DNA of 7,690 bases from Octopus sinensis. Lineage: Eukaryota. The notes beneath the pieces are model-generated. The model saw only the letters and a program-made list of their open reading frames with translations, searched no databases and was not told where the DNA came from. Shown piece by piece: positions 1 to 6,419 of this stretch. The position numbers were made by a program, and so were the translations under genes. The stretch covers positions 1 to 7,690 of the forward strand of contig NW_021828794.1 in assembly GCF_006345805.1 (NCBI RefSeq), written 5' to 3'. Positions within the stretch are counted from its first letter, which is position 1; each line of letters begins with the position of its first letter.

Positions 1-77
1 GACCAAAAGACCGCTTATTGCAAGCAAAAAAATATTGAAAAAAGAACGCTTTTAACTTCGTGGTTCGGCAAAATATC

Positions 78-927
78 TGAACGTTCCAAGAAGGGGACAA
101 AGGAGAGGAATAAATTCTTGGAGAGTTCCGAGGAGGTATGAATGAATTCCTGGAAAGTTCCGAGGAGGGGAATAAATTCCTGGAAAGTTCAGTGGAGGGG
201 AATGAATTCCTGGAAAGTTCCGAAGAGGGGAATGAATTACTTCCTGGAAAGTTTCGAGGAGGGGAAATTACTTCCTGAAAAGTTCGAAGAATGGGGATGA
301 CTTCCTGAAAAGTTCCTATGAGGGGAGTAGTTATTTCCTGGAAAGTTCCGTGGATGAGTAAATGGAGGAATTACTTGTTGGAAAAATCCGGCGAAAGGGG
401 GAATTACTTCTTGGAAAGTTCCAAGGAGGGGGGTAACATCCTGGAAATTTCCGAGGACTGGGAGGAGGGGGAGGAATTACTTCCTGGAAAACTCCGATGA
501 TGGGGAGGAATTACTTCCTGGAAAGTTCCGGGGATGGGGATAGCTTCCTGGAAAGTTCCGACCCGTGGAGGAATTATTTCCTGGAAAATTCCGAGGAGGA
601 GGAAGTAGAGGAATTATTTCCCGGAAAGTTCAGAGGAGGGTAGGAATTACTTTCTGGAAAATTCCGAGGAGGGGGAGTTACTTCCTGGAAAGTTCCGAGG
701 GTCGGTAGGAGTTAATTCCTGGAAAGTTCCGAGGAGTGAGAGAAATCACTTCCTGATAAGTTCTGATGAGGGGAGGAATTACTTCCTGGAAAGCTCCATA
801 GTGTGGCAGGAAGAGGAGGAATTACTTCCTGGAATGTTCCGAGGAGGTTGAGGAAACACTTTCTGGAAATTTTCGAGGAGAGGAGGAATTACTTCCTGGA
901 AAGTTCCGATGAGGAGAAGGAATCACT
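78..927. repeat. Tandem minisatellite, about 24 full units plus a partial one, period about 30-43 bp, core GGAATTACTTCCTGGAAAGTTCC with a variable GA-rich linker
   Basis: Core read directly; exact TTCCTGGAA at 147, 177, 207, 241, 335, 481, 515, 545, 578, 682, 716, 783, 826 and 893. Linkers are GAG/GGA/GGG-rich and vary in length. Confidence 0.95.
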
Positions 928-1001
928 GCTACCATCTACAAGTCACTTTCAGGGCACTTGATCATTTAACATTCTTCTACTACTACCAGGGCACTCCCGC
1001 A

Positions 1002-1052
1002 TTCTTCTTCTCCTCCGCCTCCTCCTCCTCCTCCTTCTTCTTCTTCTTCCCT
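1002..1052. repeat. Polypyrimidine (TTC)n-(CCT)n-(TTC)n low-complexity tract
   Basis: TTCTTCTTCTCCTCCGCCTCCTCCTCCTCCTCCTTCTTCTTCTTCTTCCCT, with a single purine. Confidence 0.9.
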
Positions 1053-1274
1053 GCCAAGAATTGACAACGACCTCGAATCCACAAGAGTAAACAAGAGAGA
1101 CAGAGACAGGCAGAAACAAGGCAAATGTTCATTGTATTTGAATACTATGCAAATATTCTTTTAAAAAATTTTTCTTTTAATTTTTCCAAAATTTTATTTT
1201 CCAAACTTTCAGTTGAAAAAGTCTCAATGACTGAAACTGGTACTGAAACATTTGTATGAAATTATTCAACCTTC

Positions 1275-1292
1275 TACACACACACACACACC

Positions 1293-1391
<99 letters not shown>

Positions 1392-1392
1392 A
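1275..1392. repeat. Compound microsatellite (AC)n-(TA)n-(TG)n
   Basis: AC 1276-1300, TA 1301-1368, TG 1369-1390. Confidence 0.97.
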
Positions 1393-1403
1393 TGTATATA
1401 TAT

Positions 1404-1426
1404 ATGACTCTCCCCAGACACAACAG
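1404..1426. mobile_element. Solo terminal fragment of the foldback element at 1461-1630
   Basis: ATGACTCTCCCCAGACACAACAG matches 1608-1630 at 22/23 positions and is followed by a TA run. Confidence 0.75.
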
Positions 1427-1460
1427 TATATATATATATATATATATGCATGTATGTATA

Positions 1461-1630
1461 CTGTTGTTTCTGATGGAGTCATTTACTTTTTGTTCCTTCT
1501 AATTTAACATATTCACCGGTAAAATTTCCACTTATTCCTTATTTTTATAAAAATAAGGAATAAGTGGAAAATTTAAATTGTGTTAAATTATAAGGCACAA
1601 AAAGAAAATGACTCTCCACAGACACAACAG
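1461..1630. mobile_element. Foldback / long-TIR non-autonomous DNA element (MITE-like)
   Basis: Arms CTGTTGTTTCTGATGGAGTCATTT... and ...AAATGACTCTCCACAGACACAACAG are reverse complements (roughly 85% by eye over ~50 bp). The centre 1525-1570 is a perfect 46-bp palindrome. TA precedes the left end but does not follow the right end. Confidence 0.75.
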
Positions 1631-1676
1631 ACACACGAACTCACATAAAGAATCTTGCAAACCAAATCCCAAAACG

Positions 1677-1678
<2 letters not shown>

Positions 1679-1708
<30 letters not shown>
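1679..1708. repeat. (AT)n microsatellite
   Basis: Pure AT run. Confidence 0.95.
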
Positions 1709-1714
<6 letters not shown>

Positions 1715-2495
1715 GACACAGCACCAGTAGTCGCATATTCGGAGAATACTATGACGAAAGTTTAAAGCTACAGCTATCAGTCATGTTGATAATTAAGTGC
1801 TGACTACATTCTGTGAGAAAAATTATTCTGACCAAACTCAATGAAAATTTTATTATGGAAATAGGTGTATTTGTCTCAAGTCTGAATTAACCATTTAGGG
1901 ATTTGCGACAAAAGGCATACCTAGATACGACAGCCTCACCATTGGTGAAGAACTGAAGAGGAAAAAATGAGATAAGATGACAAAATCTCTTTAGTTGCAG
2001 CTATCGAAAAGAAAATCATCGAAACAATAAAAATATCATTTTTTTTAGTTATGGATTAATAATGACTGACAATTTTTATAAAACGGTGACAAAAAATCTT
2101 TCTGTTGGCTAAATGAATAAAATGAAAATACACTTCGACGAACTACACCCACATCTAATTATTTTATGAGAAAATAATTACGCCGAATGACATTTGTTGT
2201 ATGCAAGAGGAGAGCCAATGGTTGTCATTTTATCCCCCACAGTGTAAACACTGCACAAATAACACCAGATGGATTTTATCCGAGAGCAGACATGTCTTTA
2301 ACAACGCTGACGCCACGTGTCACAATAAACCACATTCTTATAGCTACTGTATTAGTTCGTAGCCAGGATGACCGTTCTCCTGCTTCTTTGTTACCTCACA
2401 ACCAAACCGACTGTCGTCTTGCTACTATGCTATCCGGAAGTCAGGGATTGTAATAAGAAAAATGACACTAACAAATATATTAATAGTGATTAATA

Positions 2496-2910
2496 TACTC
2501 TTTTACTCTTTACTCTTTTTACTTGTTTCAGTCATTTGACTGCGGCCATGCTGGAGCACCGCCTTTAGTCGAGCAAATCGACTCCGGGACTTATTCTTTT
2601 TTGTAAGCCCAGTACTTATTCTATCGGTCTCTTTTGTCGAACGCTAAGTGACGGGGACGTAAACACACCAGCATCGGTTTGTCAAGCAATGCTAGGGGAA
2701 CAAACACAGGGGAAACACACACTTATATATATATACATATATACGACAAGCTTCTTTCAGTTTCCGTCTACACCAAATCCCTCACAAGGCATTGGTCGGC
2801 CCGGGGCTATAGCAGAAGACACTTGCCCAGATGCACGCAGTGGGGACTGAACCCGGAACCATGTGGTTGGTTACAAGCTACTTACCACACCACAACACCA
2901 CTCCTGCGCC
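2496..2910 (-). mobile_element. tRNA-derived SINE family A, copy A1 (full length; CORE-SINE-like, resembling Octopus OR2-type elements)
   Basis: Minus strand begins GGCGCAGGAGTGG..., with B-box-like GGTTCAGTCC (~2844-2854), a TGGGCAAG CORE-like segment, an internal TA/CA microsatellite and a 3' (AAAGAGTA)n tail at 2496-2520. It is homologous to 3646-3933. The family name is from memory. Confidence 0.85.
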
Positions 2911-2933
2911 TATATATATATTATTAAATATAA

Positions 2934-3164
2934 GGCGGCGAGCTGGCAGAAACGTTAGCAGGCCGGGCGAAATACTTGGCGGTATTTCGTCTGCCGTTAC
3001 GTTCTGAGTTCAAACTCCGCCGAGGTCGACTTTGCCTTTCATCCTTTCGGGGTCGATTAAATAAGTACCTGTTACGCACTGGGGTCGATATAATCGACTT
3101 AATCCGTTTGTCTGTCCTTGTTTGTCCCCTCTATGTTTAGCCCCTTGTGGGTAATAAAGAAATA
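2934..3164 (+). mobile_element. tRNA-derived SINE family B, monomer copy B1
   Basis: A-box TGGCAGAAACGT 2944-2955, B-box GTTCAAACTCC 3008-3018, end GGTAATAAAGAAATA. About 90% identical by eye to the reverse complement of 5089-5319. Flanking direct repeat ATATATATTATTAAA at 2914-2928 and 3162-3176. Confidence 0.9.
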
Positions 3165-3187
3165 TATATTATTAAACACATATAAAA

Positions 3188-3603
3188 GGTGACGAGCAGG
3201 CAGGGTTCTTAGTACGCTGGACAAAATGCTTAGCGGCATCTCTTCCGGTTTTACATTCAAACTCTCCAGAAGTTAAATCTGCCGGCATTCCTTCGATGTA
3301 ACTCGACAAAATCAAAACATTTCACCGGGTATTTCCATGGTTTGTGCAGTATAGATATAACGAAATTATGCCAGTAATGTCTCATTTTAAACTTGAAGCA
3401 AAAAAGCCTTGCATATTTGTTCTTACCTGTTTCAGGTGTGTACGTAAAATTCGCAAATTTCCAAACAGAAAACAGAATCGAACTGTCATTTGCTTCCACA
3501 GAAATACCCGAAGTGAAATGTTTTGATTTCGTCGAGTTATATCGAAAGAATGCCAATCTACCTTGTATCCTTCTCAGGTCGAAAAAAATATTACTAGCTG
3601 AGC
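3188..3603 (+). mobile_element. Older degenerate family-B SINE (B2), split by the MITE at 3284-3554
   Basis: 3188-3283 (GGTGACGAGCAGGCAG...AAATGCTTAGCGGCAT...TCTGCC) aligns to the B head. 3563-3603 (TTGTATCCTTCTCAGGTCGA...) resumes at the next B consensus position (TTTCATCCTTTCGGGGTCGA). Confidence 0.8.
3284..3554. mobile_element. 271-bp MITE with ~52-54-bp TIRs and 8-bp TSD (Merlin-like or hAT-like)
   Basis: Left TIR GGCATTCCTTCGATGTAACTCGACAAAATCAAAACATTTCAC... (3284-3335); right TIR 3501-3554 ends ...ATCGAAAGAATGCC. TSD AATCTGCC (3276-3283) vs AATCTACC (3555-3562), 7/8 match. Confidence 0.88.
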
Positions 3604-3645
3604 CCCACTTAAAATTACTGGCTTTGTACCAAAATTATTAAGAAT

Positions 3646-3933
3646 GGAGTGGCTGTGTGGTAGGTAGCTTGCTTACCAACCACATGGTTCCGGATTCAGT
3701 CCTATTGCGTATCACCTTGGGCAAGAGTCTCCTACTATAGCCTCGGGCCGACAAAATTCTTGAGTGGATCTGGTAGACGGAAACTGAAAGAAGCCCGTCG
3801 TATATATGTATATATATATGTATATGTGTGTGTGTGTGTGTTGTGTGTGTGTGTGTGTGTATGCTTGTGTGTCTGTGTTTGTCCCCCCAACATCGCTTGA
3901 CAACCGATGCTGGTGTGTTTATGTCCCATAATT
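3646..3933 (+). mobile_element. SINE family A, copy A2, 3'-truncated
   Basis: A-box TGGCTGTGTGG 3650-3660, B-box-like GGATTCAGTCC 3692-3702, CORE-like ACCTTGGGCAAG 3714-3725, internal TA/TG microsatellite ~3800-3880. Similarity to A1 stops at about 3933. Confidence 0.85.
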
Positions 3934-4231
3934 TCTGCAATTTCAACCAATCACTGACGTCTGTTGAGGTAAAAAACATTCTGTGCCGTATGAATAAGTC
4001 CCTCGTTTAAGAAACAGATTGGGTTTATTTACATTTGTGAAGAAAAAAAGATACCCTTCTCCCCACCCATAACCCTAACCCTAACTAACTCTAACTAACC
4101 CTAACTAACCTTAACTAACCCTAACCCTAAAACAGATTGAAATGCAATAGATCGATACTAGGGTCATAATTATGGGTGACAATTTCATATGACACCGCTA
4201 GAAAAAACTGCCGTTCAAACCGAAAAGATCC
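3934..4231. mobile_element. Probable fragment of an interspersed repeat ending ...AACTGCCGTTCAAACCGAAAAGATCC
   Basis: Begins where SINE A2 similarity stops abruptly and carries the telomere-like array. I recall the end as a TIR of an Octopus repeat, but no partner TIR is present in the window. Confidence 0.4.
4070..4130. repeat. Interstitial telomere-like array: (TAACCC) units mixed with TAAC, forming a 10-bp higher-order unit
   Basis: TAACCC TAACCC TAAC TAACTC TAAC TAACCC TAAC TAACCT TAAC TAACCC TAACCC TAA. Confidence 0.9.
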
Positions 4232-4920
4232 TATATTGGTAGTGAAGTGATTTAAAACTCTCTGTACAAGAAGGAGCGCCCACGACTTGAATTAATCAGA
4301 AACGCTCTGAGTTGATATAAACGGTGATTTATGAAATCGCGAATAAAAAATAAAATGTGTAATGACATGTAATTTTGGAAAATTAAAACATTTTTGTATA
4401 TACCCTCTACTACTGGGAATAATAAAGAATTAAAGAAATACAAAATAATTGAAAAGTTTTGTATTTGGAAAATGGGTAAAAAATGATCGTTGATCTACGG
4501 AACACTATCAGTGCTGTGGTGTTGTTACATATAAACAAGCCCTTTCCAGGAATATATAAATGTAAAAGTAACACATAAAGTATGTTTGAAGATGGTAAAA
4601 AGAGAACATTTGGGTATAAATTTATCAATTCCAAACCAGAAAAAGGCTATTCGTGAAAAGCTCCTGCATTAAATGAGAATAAGTGAAAGAAAAATAATTA
4701 ACAAGAAATTTAATCCAAATCAATTTAAAGGTTACTGTAATATGAGTAAATAATAAATGTCACGGAAGTTCCTTCTCTGGGAGAAATCTGAAAGAAGTTT
4801 TGCCCACGACACCAAAAGGAAAAATACATACTATATATACTTTATCAATAATGATGCCCTTGAGACTGGTTAAAATATTTCAAAATAGGAAAGCAACAGT
4901 GTGAGGCTTGATCATCGTAT

Positions 4921-5319
4921 ATTCTTTTCTACTCTAGGCACAAGGCCCGAAATTTTTTGGGGAAGGGACAATCGATTAGATCGATACCAGTACGCAACTG
5001 GTACTTAATTTATCGACCCCGAAAGGATGAAAGGCAAAGTCGACCTCGGCAGAATTTGAACTCAGAACGTAGCGGCAGACGAAATACCAATTTCTTTATT
5101 ACCCACAAGGGGCTAAACATAGAGGGGACAAACATGGACAGACATAGGTATTAAGTCGATTAGGTTGACCCCAGTGCGTAACTGGTACTTAATTTATCGA
5201 CCCCGAAAGGATGAAAGGCAAAGTCGACCTCGGCGGAATTTGAACTCAGAACGTAAAAACAGACGAAATACCGCTAAGCATTTCGCCCTGCGTGCTAACG
5301 TGTCTGCCATCTCGCTGCC
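4921..5319 (-). mobile_element. Dimeric family-B SINE: complete monomer (5089-5319) fused to a headless second monomer with a different tail (4921-5088)
   Basis: The body GAAAGGATGAAAGGCAAAGTCGACCTCGGC...TTTGAACTCAGAACGT occurs twice in tandem. Junction GAAATACC|AATTTCTTTATTACC at 5088/5089. Confidence 0.88.
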
Positions 5320-5432
5320 TTAATTCAATAATATAAAAACCAGCAACTGACTGGTAGTCCAGATTGCACCATAGTCCCATAGAAGGGGCTTATCATTATG
5401 TCCCCATCTCGCTTTATGTCGCATTATATCCC

Positions 5433-5473
5433 CATCTCGCCCGGCGTGCTAACGTTTCTGCCAGCTCGCCGCC
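5433..5473 (-). mobile_element. Isolated family-B SINE head fragment
   Basis: CATCTCGCCCGGCGTGCTAACGTTTCTGCCAGCTCGCCGCC is the reverse complement of the first ~40 nt of the B head. Confidence 0.85.
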
Positions 5474-5474
5474 T

Positions 5475-5705
5475 TATTCTTTTCTATTCTAGGCACAAGC
5501 GTCGAAATTTTCAGGAGTGGGGCCAGTCGATTAGATCGACCCCAATACACAACTTGTACTTAATTTATCGACTCCGAAAGGATGAAAGGAAAAATCGACC
5601 TCGGCGGAATTTGAACTCAGAACGTAAAGGCAGACGAAATACCTATTTCTTTACTACCGCTAAGTATTTCGCCCGGCGTGCTAACAATTCTGCCAGCTCG
5701 CCGCC
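5475..5705 (-). mobile_element. Family-B SINE, deletion derivative of the dimer
   Basis: Head at 5659-5705, a 15-nt first-monomer tail relic TATTTCTTTACTACC at 5644-5658, then the second-monomer body and the TTCTAGGCACAAG-type tail. Confidence 0.88.
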
Positions 5706-5768
5706 TTTTATTATCGTATATTAACACAAATAATAGTCCTATATCAGAAGAATCCTATCGACCTTTAC

Positions 5769-6390
5769 AAAGAGCTCGGTAGCTTTTGCAAAGCCAGGTG
5801 CTTTATGCCGTAAGGTTGACTTTGTCTGCATGTACGGGACAAGAGCAACATTATAATTGTACACAGACGAGTCACTGTATCGTTGAATAAGCTACCAAGT
5901 TGGAAAGGCCCCTGAGAAATCGCTGTTGTGTCTGACATGTCTGTGCTGATTTGCATGTAGCTGAATAACCATGTTGAGCAATTTTTAGGCTATCCTAGTC
6001 ATTTTATGACATTACTCAGATCTTTCCTAATCACAGTATCGGGCGTTTTCATAAGGTGGACAAACATCACGCACAGCCCTTATTTAATTTCCTACTCTTA
6101 TCTTGAAATTGCTTGAGAATAAATTCCTGTCTTTCTGGCTTCTGTTGACTCAGAATCAGCTCTGAGCACTAATCTGCTAAGGAGAACTTTTACAAAGACT
6201 TTTCCTGCAGTAGACCGTAGAGTTATCCCGCTGAAGTTAGAGCAGTAGGAACTTTGCCCACAATAGCATAATCATTGCAATACGAAATACTGTTTGCAGC
6301 AAAGAACTAATGGCATTTGGTGTGCAGTACTGAGTCCTCAATTTTTCATATTTCTTGTGGAATTTCATTAACTCTAGTTGACTCTAGTTA
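5769..6390 (-). pseudogene. Reverse transcriptase domain remnant of the RTE ORF
   Basis: IPQEI*K; NFSGITLRSTAGKVFVKVLLSRL 6238-6170 (cf. NYRGITLLSIAGKIFARILLNRL); LKQFQDK; LCVMFVHLMKTPDTVIRKDL 6076-6017 (cf. FVDLTKAFDTV); LNMVIQLHANQHRHVRHNSDFSGAFP 5978-5901; GSLFN; NYNVALV at the FADD position (~5858-5838); FAKATELF 5792-5769. Confidence 0.9.
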
Positions 6391-6419
6391 CCAGCAAGAA
6401 TCATATTTCTTGGAATGTT

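Noticed and set aside
55-75. TAACTTCGTGGTTCGGCAAAA and AATGACTGAAAC (~1228-1239) resemble pieces of SINE family A
   Set aside because: The matches are too short and the expected intervening sequence is absent.
318-500. 60-aa ORF
   Set aside because: It is a translation of the minisatellite; variable unit lengths break the frame elsewhere in the array.
78-927. CRISPR-like array (palindromic repeat plus variable spacer)
   Set aside because: Linkers are short, related to each other and GA-rich; the repeats are degenerate; there are no cas genes and the context is eukaryotic.
1147-1154. Octamer ATGCAAAT
   Set aside because: A single 8-mer in AT-rich DNA is expected by chance, and there is no promoter context.
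971-1160. Ser/Pro-rich open frame (SSSPPPPPPPSSSSSLPR...) as a possible exon
   Set aside because: It is explained by the trinucleotide tract; there is no start codon and the splice signals are weak.
1177-1507. ORFs rich in YI/HT/CV repeats
   Set aside because: Microsatellite translation artefacts.
2187-2453. 88-aa ORF as a gene
   Set aside because: No recognisable domain; length is within chance range.
2934-3020. tRNA genes at the SINE heads
   Set aside because: A- and B-boxes are present, but there is no cloverleaf and the heads run into multi-copy SINE bodies.
2679-4010. ORFs at 2679-2927, 3257-3641 and 3638-4010
   Set aside because: They fall within SINE and MITE sequence; the repeated CFDFVEL peptide reflects the TIRs, not a transposase.
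4070-4130. True chromosome end
   Set aside because: Only about 60 bp, degenerate and internal.
4480-4660. Peptide GKKRTFGYKF faintly like a NUMOD1 motif
   Set aside because: The frame has stops, the region is AT-rich, and there are no supporting endonuclease motifs.
4957-5724. ORFs 4957-5154 and 5398-5724 sharing RNLNSER
   Set aside because: Antisense translations of repeated SINE bodies.
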